Part shown: piece by piece, positions 28,037 through 38,051 of the stretch
How positions within the stretch are numbered: position 1 is the stretch's first letter
How the letters are laid out: every line of letters begins with the position of its first letter
Position numbers and translations under genes: made by a program
DNA from: Candidatus Nanoarchaeia archaeon
GTDB taxonomy: Archaea; Nanobdellota; Nanobdellia; Woesearchaeales; SKIA01
Length of the DNA: 64,000 nucleotides
Assembly: GCA_028279685.1 (NCBI GenBank)
Contig: JANQNG010000059.1
Coordinates: forward strand, 26,945 to 90,944
Direction of reading: 5' to 3'
Notes under the pieces: model-generated
The model's input: only the letters and a program-made list of their open reading frames with translations
What the model was told of the DNA's origin: nothing
Databases searched by the model: none

Positions 28037-28948
28037 ATGGTCCATATAGTGAAGAAGCAAGTAAGTGGGAAACTTCATTATTACTTATCTGCGAGCTACA
28101 GAGATGATGGAAAGCATTACAAAAAAGAGAAGTATATTGGAACAAAGCTTCCAAAAAAAGACAAATTAGACTCTCTCAAGGAACAATTTGAATTACAACA
28201 TAACCTAGAACTTTGTAAAAAGTACAAGATTATTGTTCTAAGGAAAAATGAATTAGAAACAATAGAAAAAGTGAAATTGCATTATCATAGCAATCTCAGG
28301 AAAATACCAAAGAGCATTCTCGAAGATTATTACAAACCATTTGTAATAAATTTCACCTACAACACACATGCTATAGAAGATTCAAAATTATCATTTCATG
28401 AAACAAGAGCATTGCTTAATGATGGCGTTCCCGCAAACAAACCGTTTGATGACCAAATTGAGGCGAAAAATCATAAAAGAGTATTCAATGAATTGCTCAG
28501 AACAAAGCAAGATCTTTCATTGCGATTGATATACAGATGGCATAAATTATTATTCAAAGACACGAAGAACGAAGTAGCAGGTAAATTGAGAAACTGGAAT
28601 GTTGCTGTAGCGCACTTCAAAGCACCTCATTATGTAGACATTCCGAAATTATTGAATCAATTTATTGAATGGTATAAAAAAAATAAGAGAAAATATCATC
28701 CTGTTGAGTTCGCTGCATTAACGCATCTCAAATTCGTTAAAATTCATCCGTTTGGAGATGGCAATGGGAGAATAGCAAGATTATTGATGAATTTTGTATT
28801 GTTGAAAAAACATTATCCTTTATTATCCGTACAGTACGATGATAGATTGAATTACTACAAAGCATTAGATAAATACGATGAAACACAAGAGGAAGAAGTA
28901 TTTCTAAAATATATTGTAAAAGTTTATTTGAAAGAAATAGTTACTTAG
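28037..28948 (+). CDS. Fic-domain protein
   Basis: HPFGDGNGRIAR Fic motif; FTYNTHAIE. Confidence 0.93.
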   Translation: MVHIVKKQVSGKLHYYLSASYRDDGKHYKKEKYIGTKLPKKDKLDSLKEQFELQHNLELCKKYKIIVLRKNELETIEKVKLHYHSNLRKIPKSILEDYYKPFVINFTYNTHAIEDSKLSFHETRALLNDGVPANKPFDDQIEAKNHKRVFNELLRTKQDLSLRLIYRWHKLLFKDTKNEVAGKLRNWNVAVAHFKAPHYVDIPKLLNQFIEWYKKNKRKYHPVEFAALTHLKFVKIHPFGDGNGRIARLLMNFVLLKKHYPLLSVQYDDRLNYYKALDKYDETQEEEVFLKYIVKVYLKEIVT

Positions 28949-31259
28949 CTGTTGTTCGCTTCTTTTCTTCATCTAACTTCATCTGGCGTTTTCTCACTTC
29001 GCGTTGTAGCCACTCATTCCATTCGAAGAAGATACGATCATTATCGACTTTGCTTGTTTCTGTTTTAACTTTATCAACAATTTTATGCATCATATCATTG
29101 CAAAGAATAGTAAATTCAGCTTCTAATAATTCATCATCTTTTGTTTGTTCCCATATCTTCACTTGTGCTTCTTTGCATTTTGCACGAAGCATGATGTTCT
29201 GCCAGGTTGCGTCCCAGTTGCCAGCCCATTCTTTTACATTGCCAGCAACTGCTTTAATCACTTCAGTTTCTCCATTGATTAACTCAGCAGTAGCTTTCAA
29301 TTCATCAGTTTTAGGATCGTACTTCATCAGATCAAGAAAACCTCCTTCAAGATTTGGATCATTGGTCCAATCTTTTCTCACTTCAGTAATTTGCGTTACT
29401 CTTCTGATCTTATGAATACCATCTGCAGATTTAATTGGATTCACAATAATACAAATATCCGTCGCTTTGAATGATGTTTTAGGAACGCCGATATCATTTA
29501 CTACACGATCAAAAATGCCGTATGGACTATCTCCATGAATAGTGCCTGCAACAACATTAGCAGCAGCACCTACACGCATTGCTTCGTACAATGCTTTTGC
29601 TTCACCTGATCGTACTTCACCAACAATCAACGCAGAATCTCCCAGGCGTAAAGTACTTCTTATTCCGTCTTCTGCAGTCATCTCTCCAGTGTTCTTTGAT
29701 AATGCAGCGGCTACTTTCATCGGTTGAACGTTGAAACCTAGTTTTCGCATAGCATTCGTTGGTAATTCTAATGTATCTTCAATAGTTAAAATACGATGAC
29801 GTCTCATGATTTCAATCAATACAGCAGACAATAATGAACTCTTTCCAGAACTTCGCGTTCCACAGATTAACATAGTACGGGTTCCATCAACAAGAAAACT
29901 CAATAATCCAGCAGCTAACGGTGTTATTGTTTTGTATTTGATAAACAAAGGTAATGTCCAGGGACGGTCACGGTGCCTTCGAAAAGAGAACGCTAATCCA
30001 GTAGGATCCAGAGGATAAGTAATAGCAGAGACTCTCACTGATGCGCCGGGCAATTCTAATTCAGTATCGAGTAAAGGATTTGCTTCATCTAATGGTCTTC
30101 CTGAAATCAAACGTAGTTTTGAAGCCCAGCTTTCCGTTTCCATCTTTGTAGGAAAAATATTGGTTTTACAATCATCATAGTCTGCATGTACAATGAACAA
30201 AGGAATCTGTCCAGCAGGACTATTCACTGAAATGTCTTGCATCTTTTCATCTTCTAATAGTACTTCAATCAGCCCGAATCCTACTGTGTATCGCACTAAG
30301 ATTTTAGCTAATGTATCAAGATCTTTTGGTGTCATCTTAATGCGTTTATATCGTGCAAGCTCATCAAGTAAATCTTTTCCTACATTGTAGAAGACCTCTC
30401 TCATTCTTTTTGGATCAACAAATTCTTGTTTCTCAGGTTTATGTTCCGATAATATTCTCCTTGCAGTATCAAGTATCTCGTATTTATCCTCATCAAGTTT
30501 GAATTCAGGAGGAGTCACATGATACAAGTATTGCACAGTATCAGGAAGTTCAAATATCACTACTTCTGTTTCTCCCACATTATAGTTAGCAATTTCCTTT
30601 CCGTGTTCAGGATACTGAGCCATAAGTCTTGTGAACATGAAATCGGGTTTTATGGAAGGAGAGAAAAGTTGCCTATAGACTGATCGATCATCATCTTTAT
30701 ATCCGGAGATTTTATCTTCGAGCAGAAAAATAATTCTTAGTCGTTCCATCTGATGCCTGAGCTCTTCAAGCACGTCAATATATTTATTGAGATATTTACT
30801 CTCTTCAGCATCTTGAAGCTTGTCTAAACGTATCTTCTCTCTTCTGATGTGTCTCGTCAGTTCTACATATGAGCCTACAGGATCCTTTTTCATCGTGTCG
30901 ATGATAGTCTGCAGCGCATTAAACCAGCTTGCAACCCATCGTTCGCATTTTTTGTCGAAATTCAGGGCATTATAGCTGTACGTGTCTTTGTCTCGTTCAG
31001 CTAAGGAGACTAGCTCAGCTACTTCAATCAGCATTTGTACTTGAGGATAATCATATTCATAATCTTGTTTCTGGGCGAAGCTGATTTTTGTGATGCCTTT
31101 GTTTTGGATGAGTTTATCAATAACTAAGGCCATACATTGCGGAGTATCCTCTATTGAAGGGACCATACTCCATTCCTCCGCATTGAACCGCAGAATTGTT
31201 TCTTCCTGTTCGCGGATGACCTCGTAACTAGGCTTTTTTTTACCCCCAAACAGCACCAT
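28941..31259 (-). CDS. Type II/IV secretion (pilus assembly) ATPase
   Basis: Walker A GTRSSGKS, IEDTLEL, LRLGD..IVGEVR, GTIHG. Confidence 0.93.
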   Translation of the reverse strand: MVLFGGKKKPSYEVIREQEETILRFNAEEWSMVPSIEDTPQCMALVIDKLIQNKGITKISFAQKQDYEYDYPQVQMLIEVAELVSLAERDKDTYSYNALNFDKKCERWVASWFNALQTIIDTMKKDPVGSYVELTRHIRREKIRLDKLQDAEESKYLNKYIDVLEELRHQMERLRIIFLLEDKISGYKDDDRSVYRQLFSPSIKPDFMFTRLMAQYPEHGKEIANYNVGETEVVIFELPDTVQYLYHVTPPEFKLDEDKYEILDTARRILSEHKPEKQEFVDPKRMREVFYNVGKDLLDELARYKRIKMTPKDLDTLAKILVRYTVGFGLIEVLLEDEKMQDISVNSPAGQIPLFIVHADYDDCKTNIFPTKMETESWASKLRLISGRPLDEANPLLDTELELPGASVRVSAITYPLDPTGLAFSFRRHRDRPWTLPLFIKYKTITPLAAGLLSFLVDGTRTMLICGTRSSGKSSLLSAVLIEIMRRHRILTIEDTLELPTNAMRKLGFNVQPMKVAAALSKNTGEMTAEDGIRSTLRLGDSALIVGEVRSGEAKALYEAMRVGAAANVVAGTIHGDSPYGIFDRVVNDIGVPKTSFKATDICIIVNPIKSADGIHKIRRVTQITEVRKDWTNDPNLEGGFLDLMKYDPKTDELKATAELINGETEVIKAVAGNVKEWAGNWDATWQNIMLRAKCKEAQVKIWEQTKDDELLEAEFTILCNDMMHKIVDKVKTETSKVDNDRIFFEWNEWLQREVRKRQMKLDEEKKRTTAK

Positions 31260-31320
31260 AACGACCCTCTTTTCTCAAAACGAATTCTTTTTATACTACA
31301 GCATTTATAAAAGTTTTGTG

Positions 31321-31779
31321 ATGGTTAATCAGAAAAATCCAGATGAACAAGTTACGCCCATGGAGCGAATGCTTGGAGTTTCTAAGGAACAGGAAGAGGA
31401 AAAGAAGAAGCTTCCTGCAGACCCTCGATTCGAGGATCTGAATAGTGGTGTAGCTAATCTATCGAGAAGAGTCAAGGTTATTGAGGGCAGATATGCTAAT
31501 ATTCGTAAGAAGACGCAAGTTACTGATCAAAACTTGCTTGAATGGAAACAAACGCTGCAACGTGAAATAGACTCTTTGAATCAAGATATTACTGACTTGA
31601 AAAGAAATCTCAATGAAGTAGCACAGAAAATTGAAGGGATGCTCCAAGAAGTGGGGAAAACAGCAAGTAAGTATGATATTCGAGTGTTGGAGAAATACAT
31701 TGACTTTTGGGAGCCTATGGCTTTTTGTACAGCAGAAGATGTCAAAGAGATTGTGAGGAAATACAATGAAAAGCTTTAA
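31321..31779 (+). CDS. Coiled-coil hypothetical protein
   Basis: Heptad-rich, LEKYIDFWEPM C-terminus. Confidence 0.7.
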   Translation: MVNQKNPDEQVTPMERMLGVSKEQEEEKKKLPADPRFEDLNSGVANLSRRVKVIEGRYANIRKKTQVTDQNLLEWKQTLQREIDSLNQDITDLKRNLNEVAQKIEGMLQEVGKTASKYDIRVLEKYIDFWEPMAFCTAEDVKEIVRKYNEKL

Positions 31780-31809
31780 ATACGCCATCTCATTAGGCAT
31801 ATGTGAGGT

Positions 31810-32394
31810 GTGAGTGTGCCCGAACAGCCAGTTTCTATCGACAGAGTCATCGGCATGAAGAAGCAAGGTTATACTAATAATCAGATTATTCAGATGCTGC
31901 AGCGCGATGGTTACTCAAGCCAGGAAATTTTTGATGCAATCAATCAAGCAGATATGAAACATAGCGTAGAAGCAGGTACTTCGCCAGGAATTACAGGGAA
32001 TGCTTCTCCAGCAATACCACCTCCACCAACCCCAGATGCTACCCCTGCAGTGCCTGCAGAAGAGGATTCTGCTTCTGTTGAAGAGTATGTTGAAGCAGTA
32101 ATTGATGAGAAATGGTCAAGTATAGAGAAAGATATCAAGAAGATTGTTGAATGGAAAAAGCAATCAGAGCAGACACTGGTGCAATTACAGCAGCAATTTG
32201 CTGATCTAAAAGATAACTTTGATAAATTACATAGAGCAGTTGTTGGCAAAGTCGGTGAATATGACAAACACATTCTTGATGTAGGAGCAGAAATCAAAGC
32301 AATGGAAAAAGTATTTTCAAAAGTCCTTCCTTTATTTACTGAAAATGTACATGAATTGAGCAGAATAACAAAAAGTATGAAAGGTGGAGAATAA
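31810..32394 (+). CDS. Coiled-coil hypothetical protein
   Basis: GAGGTG RBS; VEAVIDEKW...KAMEKVF. Confidence 0.75.
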   Translation: MSVPEQPVSIDRVIGMKKQGYTNNQIIQMLQRDGYSSQEIFDAINQADMKHSVEAGTSPGITGNASPAIPPPPTPDATPAVPAEEDSASVEEYVEAVIDEKWSSIEKDIKKIVEWKKQSEQTLVQLQQQFADLKDNFDKLHRAVVGKVGEYDKHILDVGAEIKAMEKVFSKVLPLFTENVHELSRITKSMKGGE

Positions 32395-32424
32395 ATTCTA
32401 TCTTGTTAAGAAGCAAATACTACG

Positions 32425-32748
32425 TTAAGAATATTCTCTCCAGATGTGTTTGCATTTAGTGCATTTTAGGAATTTCGTTTCTGCCTCATCACCCGCACGA
32501 GTTTGCAATAACCAATAATATGCTTGTTTATTTCCGCATTTCGGACAGATTTCTTCGTCGGAAATAGGTAAGGCATCATCAGATTCCTTGACGACGTCTA
32601 CATCCTTAGGAATATTTTTCTTGACATCCTCTTTTAATTCCATCTGTTCGGCTTTTTTCTTTTTGTAACCACAGCTGCACTCAATGATAGTTTTTTTACC
32701 GTCTTTTTTCGGTATAACCATGGATCCACACTTCGGACAAAACATCAT
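32425..32748 (-). CDS. tfs: Transcription factor S (RpoM/TFS)
   Basis: FCPKCG...CPKCG..QTRAGDE...CTKC..WRE. Confidence 0.95.
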   Translation of the reverse strand: MMFCPKCGSMVIPKKDGKKTIIECSCGYKKKKAEQMELKEDVKKNIPKDVDVVKESDDALPISDEEICPKCGNKQAYYWLLQTRAGDEAETKFLKCTKCKHIWREYS

Positions 32749-32802
32749 CGTAGGAATGCAAAAAAATAGCGGTTTAAAAAGATGACGGTTCTAGAAGAAA
32801 TA

Positions 32803-33801
32803 TTATTTTGTGCTTTTTTCAAGTACTTCTTTAGTAAATTTCTTTATGTTAATACCATAGAAAAATGCAATAATCAATCCTGCTAGTGCAACAACTGAAT
32901 CTCTTGCTTTAATTAATAGAGCAAATCCCACACCTATCGTACTATGTAACTTAAGAAGAGAGAAGACAGATACTTGTCCAGCTTCCAATGTTCCGATACC
33001 TCCTGGTGCGGGAAGCAAATACGCAAGACCTACAAAAGAATACATTACGAATATTTGGAGAATTGTCGCATCAATTCCTAACATAAGTAATCCATATTTA
33101 TATTCAGCGAATGCAAAGAACCAAGCAGCCATCGATATCAAAACAGCAAGAAAAAATCTCCCTTTGTTTCTTTTGTAGAATTCAATAAGATATTTTTCAA
33201 AGTGTTCTACTTTCTCTATGAATGAATAATTTTTTAATCCTAAACGTTTTATGATATGAAGGAAAAAGTGTTTTCCTGAAAGCATACGATAATAGAACAT
33301 AGCAACTAAAAAAGTGAATAACACGGCTACAGCAATCATAATGTATTCTGTTTGTTGGGGTAAAGCTAATTTTGTGATAGCGAGGAAACAGCATACAACA
33401 AACATAACACCAAATGATGAGAGCTCTGTTGTTTTGTCAATAACTACTGTTGATAATGCCTTTGAAAATCGAATACCATGTTTTGAAATGAGATATCCTC
33501 TTGCGGGTTCTCCTCCTAGTTTTGGTCCTGGGGTGATAAAACTAATACCTGCGCCAACAAGATAATAGCTGAATGTTCTCCAAAAACCTATTTTTATGCC
33601 GAAAGTGCGAAGTACGATAGTCCACCTTGCAGGATGAACTAATGCTAATAGGATGGAAACGATAATGAATATAATGAGATGTTTTGGATCGCTTGTTGTA
33701 ATGGTATTCCATAATTGGGAAAAAGGAGTCTTTGACAAAATATAGGTAAATGCAAGTATACAGATCGTTACGAATGCTCCTATAATTATTCGTTTTTTCA
33801 T
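32803..33801 (-). CDS. Lysylphosphatidylglycerol synthase TM-like / flippase (UPF0104)
   Basis: ITPGPKLGGEP, PAPGGIGTLEA, multiple TM segments. Confidence 0.85.
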   Translation of the reverse strand: MKKRIIIGAFVTICILAFTYILSKTPFSQLWNTITTSDPKHLIIFIIVSILLALVHPARWTIVLRTFGIKIGFWRTFSYYLVGAGISFITPGPKLGGEPARGYLISKHGIRFSKALSTVVIDKTTELSSFGVMFVVCCFLAITKLALPQQTEYIMIAVAVLFTFLVAMFYYRMLSGKHFFLHIIKRLGLKNYSFIEKVEHFEKYLIEFYKRNKGRFFLAVLISMAAWFFAFAEYKYGLLMLGIDATILQIFVMYSFVGLAYLLPAPGGIGTLEAGQVSVFSLLKLHSTIGVGFALLIKARDSVVALAGLIIAFFYGINIKKFTKEVLEKSTK

Positions 33802-33825
33802 GCATTAATCCTCTATGAAAGTATA

Positions 33826-33993
33826 TAACGGACCTGGGGGGACTTTCGAGAACAATCATTGATCAGTTCATTCGAACAACCCCGATAAACCTATGGTTTA
33901 TCATCCTATATGCGTTTCGCACTACGTGCTCAAGCGCATGCTAACGGACCTGGGGGGACTTTCGAGAACAATCATTGATCAGTTCATTCGAAC
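33826..33993. repeat. 52-bp direct repeat of the tRNA-Arg 3' end including its T-loop intron
   Basis: 33826-33877 identical to 33942-33993. Confidence 0.9.
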
Positions 33994-34123
33994 CCCCGAC
34001 CTACAGCTTAGGAGGCTGCCGCGCTATTTGCCTAACCGCGTGGGGCTAAGCTCCGTTAGGAGCGAACGCCGCACTTTGCGCGTTAACCGAGCGTAACCAG
34101 TTACCAGGCTGCGCCACAGGTCC
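33945..34123 (-). tRNA. tRNA-Arg(CCT) with 76-nt D-loop intron (34028-34103) and 28-nt T-loop intron (33959-33986)
   Basis: Acceptor GGACCTG/CAGGTCC, anticodon arm GCAGC-CTCCTAA-GCTGT; BHB helices GCCT/AGGC and TTCG/CGAA; 75 nt mature. Confidence 0.92.
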
Positions 34124-34176
34124 ATCATGCATTGGAACAAAATAACCTTTATAATGTTTATCATCATTCTTATTTC

Positions 34177-35205
34177 ATGATCTTGAAGTTTAAACCAGAA
34201 GATTTCATCGTAGAGGAAAAATTATCTTTTAAGAAAGTTGATCATGGAAGATATATCATCATTACTGTTGAAAAGAAAGGTTATAGTACAGAATATGCTG
34301 CTTCTGTGTTGACAAAATACTTTCGCATTCAGAGAAAGATGATCGGCTATGCAGGTATGAAAGATCAACAGGCGATAACAACACAATATATGTCTATAGA
34401 TAATAAATACGAGAATGTTTCAAAAGAGAAAATTGCTGCATTCGCATATGGAAGAGACGATCGTTATATTCGTGTTATCTTCCAAGGTTATGCTAATCAG
34501 CCAATATCGTTAGGTGTACTTGATGGAAATTATTTTACTATAACTGCCAGAGATATGGATCTGGAAAAAATAAAGATAGAAAAAGAGATTTTTTTTATCA
34601 ATTATTTTGATGAACAAAGATTTTCAAAGCACAATCTTGATATTGGGTTTGCATTATTGAAAAAGAATTTTGCAAAAGCGTGTTCTTTACTCATTGAAGG
34701 AAACCATCATTTTTCAGAGAAGATGAGAGTTGTGCTTGAGAAAGAACCTCGTAATTTTATTGCTGCATTGCAGATGGTTCCTTTGAAATTATTACTATTA
34801 TTCATTCATGCTGTGCAATCACAAATCTTCAATGAATGCGCTAAGCAAGTAGTTGAACAAGAAACAAATACGTTTGTTGCTTCTTCGTTTGTCTTTCCTC
34901 AAAAGCCATTAGAGAATAGACAATTAATCATGCCTGGATTTGATATGAAATCTGATGAAGGAGGTGTTAAGTCAGTACTACAACAGTATGATGTTACTCC
35001 CCAAGATTTTATTATCAGGCAGATTCCTGGTTTATCTTGTGAATGTTCAACAAGAATGTTTCTGGCGAAAGCATCAGAAATTGCTATAGAGCAATCTCAG
35101 GATGAATGTTTTCCCAATAAGGTGAAATACGTCATTAAATTTTTGCTTCATAAAGGCTCTTATGCCACTATTTTCATGAAATACCTGCTTCTAAGACCGA
35201 ATTAG
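34177..35205 (+). CDS. truD: tRNA pseudouridine(13) synthase
   Basis: PEDFIVEE, GYAGMKD, GNYF, NYFDEQRF, KGSYAT. Confidence 0.93.
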   Translation: MILKFKPEDFIVEEKLSFKKVDHGRYIIITVEKKGYSTEYAASVLTKYFRIQRKMIGYAGMKDQQAITTQYMSIDNKYENVSKEKIAAFAYGRDDRYIRVIFQGYANQPISLGVLDGNYFTITARDMDLEKIKIEKEIFFINYFDEQRFSKHNLDIGFALLKKNFAKACSLLIEGNHHFSEKMRVVLEKEPRNFIAALQMVPLKLLLLFIHAVQSQIFNECAKQVVEQETNTFVASSFVFPQKPLENRQLIMPGFDMKSDEGGVKSVLQQYDVTPQDFIIRQIPGLSCECSTRMFLAKASEIAIEQSQDECFPNKVKYVIKFLLHKGSYATIFMKYLLLRPN

Positions 35206-35295
35206 TTTTTTGCTATTCCGAAACATTTATATATCACAAAGCAGAAAGTTATATCTGTTGTATACTAGTATACTAGTTGGTCTGACTAGTCTGAG

Positions 35296-35895
35296 GTGGT
35301 CTGTTTGCAGAAAAAGAAGGCGGAAATGGGTGTAGGTACCCTGATTATTTTTATTGCCATGCTTCTTGTTGCCGCTATTGCTGCAGGAGTTCTTATTCAG
35401 ACCGCAGGAGCTTTACAGGAAAAAGCGTTGACCACAGGTAGTCAGGCAAAACAGCAGATCAGCACGAATGTTCGTGTTATTGAGGTGAGTGCAAGCAGTG
35501 GATTGGATTCTGATGTGGAGAATTTCTCACTAAATTTAAAGCTAGCACCAGGTTCAGATCCAATTAAATTAGAAGAAACAACGATTACTTTTAATACAAA
35601 AAACACGACGACGACGTTAACATATAATGGTACGGATACAACAGATGGATTCAGTACTGACTCTGCAAATGAGAATGGTACTTATTCTGTTGAGTATCTG
35701 CAGAAGAGTGCCAATTATGTTGTCAATAAAGTACAGCGTGGAGATATTATTAAAGTTAGGTTCAGTGCTCCACGATCAGTAAGCGAAGATGAGACTATAA
35801 GGATAAACATTATCCCGAAATCAGGAAGTCCTACATTAGTGCAGTTTCCAACGCCTGATGTTATTGCTGTCGAAAGAGTATATCTTTACCCATAA
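35296..35895 (+). CDS. flaB: Archaellin
   Basis: KKKA/EMGVGTLIIFIAMLLVAAIAAGVLIQT; APGSDPI. Confidence 0.9.
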   Translation: MVCLQKKKAEMGVGTLIIFIAMLLVAAIAAGVLIQTAGALQEKALTTGSQAKQQISTNVRVIEVSASSGLDSDVENFSLNLKLAPGSDPIKLEETTITFNTKNTTTTLTYNGTDTTDGFSTDSANENGTYSVEYLQKSANYVVNKVQRGDIIKVRFSAPRSVSEDETIRINIIPKSGSPTLVQFPTPDVIAVERVYLYP

Positions 35896-35937
35896 AGTTT
35901 ATAACTTCTTACTCTTTGATGTTATTGAGGTGATCCT

Positions 35938-36609
35938 ATGAAACTTCTCATATTTGGTCCACAGGCATCAGGCAAAGGAACACAGGCAAAAAAGATTGCT
36001 GTGAAGTACAACATGATTCATATTTCTACAGGTGATATTTTTCGTGAGAATATTAAACGAGAAACTACATTGGGAAAGAAGGCGAAAGCAATTATTGATG
36101 CAGGTAATTTAATGCCTGATGAAATAACCGTCGATTTAGTTAGACAAAGATTAGCAGAAGAAGATTGTGTTTCGAAGGGTTATATTCTTGATGGATTTCC
36201 AAGAAATATCGAACAGGCAAAAGCTTTATCTACATTTGCAGATATTGATTGTGCATTGTTAGTTGATGTTTCTGATGAAGATGTGATGAAGAGAATTACA
36301 GGAAGATACATGTCGAAGACTTCAGATATTATTTACAATGTGTATACTGAGCCGAAACCAAAGAAAGTTGAATATGATGCTCACGGTAAATGTGTTGCTG
36401 CGTACGATGATGAAACTAATGAACCTTTGTTTCAAAGAGATGATGATAAAGATGAGAAAGCAGTCAAGCAACGATTAGCAACATATCATAAACTGACGAA
36501 ACCTGTTTTGGATTATTATGAAGAGAAAAAATTGCTGAAGAAGATTGATGGCAGAGGAGGCATTTATGATGTCTTTGAAGAGATAGTTAAAATATTGAAT
36601 GAGCTATAG
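35938..36609 (+). CDS. adk: Adenylate kinase (bacterial-type)
   Basis: GPQASGKGTQA, HISTGD, LDGFPR, QRDDD. Confidence 0.95.
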   Translation: MKLLIFGPQASGKGTQAKKIAVKYNMIHISTGDIFRENIKRETTLGKKAKAIIDAGNLMPDEITVDLVRQRLAEEDCVSKGYILDGFPRNIEQAKALSTFADIDCALLVDVSDEDVMKRITGRYMSKTSDIIYNVYTEPKPKKVEYDAHGKCVAAYDDETNEPLFQRDDDKDEKAVKQRLATYHKLTKPVLDYYEEKKLLKKIDGRGGIYDVFEEIVKILNEL

Positions 36610-37569
36610 AAAGAAATTAAACTTCTGCATTTCTTTTATTCTTAATATTTCATAATCTCTTATTATATCACTGAATTTATTTGTTATTTCCATTGTGAAT
36701 TCATTTAACTGGTCAACATTCTCTACCTCGAGATCTATTTCATAATCCCATTCGCCAGCAACTTTAACGATTGCAATAAGCCTATTGTTTTTCTTTACTA
36801 ATTCAAATAAACTTTGTACTTTTTCCTTAGAAATATTGTCTAAGTACAGCATTATTTTATATTGGTATTGATTTATTTTTTCATTATCGATAAGAAGCAT
36901 GTGGCCTGTGATAAGATTTTCTTTTTTTAATTGTTTTATTCGCTGAATTACTGTATCGTGTGAAACTCCAATTTTTTCTCCAATTTCTACAGAAGATAAT
37001 CTACTGTTTATTGCTAGGAGTTTCAATATTTTTATGTCAGTTTCATCTATTGTTTTTAGTTTGTCTACAGATATTATTTGTTCATTATTATTGGGTATTT
37101 GTTCATTTACTAAGTAATATCTGGGGAAAAATTCTGCCATTAAGTTTACAGAAATAGTTTTTCTCATAATATTATTTCTAAATTTATCATTGAATTCGTC
37201 AATTGCTTTTTGAAATTCGAGCTGATTTCTTGTTTGGAGGATAAATGTCACATCATAATTTCCTTCTGTTTTTGCACACCAAGAGACTTTAAGGTTATTT
37301 TTTAGAAAATCTATTATTGTTTGTTTTGTTTTTTCATTCACATTTCTTAGTTTTATGAAGTATTGATAATGTGATCTTCCTAATAAAGATGAATTTATTA
37401 CTGTTGGAGTGAATTTTATTATTTTATTTTCTATTAAACGGTTCACCCTATATCTTGCTGTCTCTTGTTTTATTCTTGCTTTTTTAGCTAATTGAGTGTA
37501 TGAGATTCTGCTGTCCTTTGATAATTCGAATAATATTCTTTTATTGATTGAATCCATATTTACTAACAT
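36604..37569 (-). CDS. Double-domain Lrp/AsnC transcriptional regulator
   Basis: Two HTH-RAM units; paralogue of 15955-16956. Confidence 0.9.
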   Translation of the reverse strand: MLVNMDSINKRILFELSKDSRISYTQLAKKARIKQETARYRVNRLIENKIIKFTPTVINSSLLGRSHYQYFIKLRNVNEKTKQTIIDFLKNNLKVSWCAKTEGNYDVTFILQTRNQLEFQKAIDEFNDKFRNNIMRKTISVNLMAEFFPRYYLVNEQIPNNNEQIISVDKLKTIDETDIKILKLLAINSRLSSVEIGEKIGVSHDTVIQRIKQLKKENLITGHMLLIDNEKINQYQYKIMLYLDNISKEKVQSLFELVKKNNRLIAIVKVAGEWDYEIDLEVENVDQLNEFTMEITNKFSDIIRDYEILRIKEMQKFNFFL

Positions 37570-37649
37570 TAAGAATATTATTTAAATATTTCGTATATTG
37601 GTAAAATTTTAATGATAAATTTAATATATTTTGATATAGTTATTACTGT

Positions 37650-38051
37650 ATGGTGATTGATGAAATAATGCTCAAAGAGAATTTTAATATGTTCGGATAT
37701 GTTGAAAACAAATCTAAGAAAAAATCTTATCTGGAAAGAAGATATGGTATTAGAGGAAAACAGTCTAAGCAAGATATCATTACAGGTTCTATTCTTGGAA
37801 ATGTGGGTTTGTATGGCTTTTATTATCTTTTTGCTCAATCATTCAAAGGAGCTTTACTTGCTTACGGTATTCACAGGCTAGTTTCTATTGCGTTTCCACC
37901 ATATTTCATATTGCCAGAAGTTATTGGATTTGGAATTGCTCATATTGGAAGAGAAATTAAATCGGATATTGAAGAAAATGCTAAGGAAAAAACTCATGAA
38001 ATGTGTAAATCTTATGAAAAAACAAATATTCCAAATCCTGCTAAAGTGTGA
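37650..38051 (+). CDS. Hypothetical membrane protein
   Basis: Hydrophobic central region; divergent from Lrp. Confidence 0.55.
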   Translation: MVIDEIMLKENFNMFGYVENKSKKKSYLERRYGIRGKQSKQDIITGSILGNVGLYGFYYLFAQSFKGALLAYGIHRLVSIAFPPYFILPEVIGFGIAHIGREIKSDIEENAKEKTHEMCKSYEKTNIPNPAKV

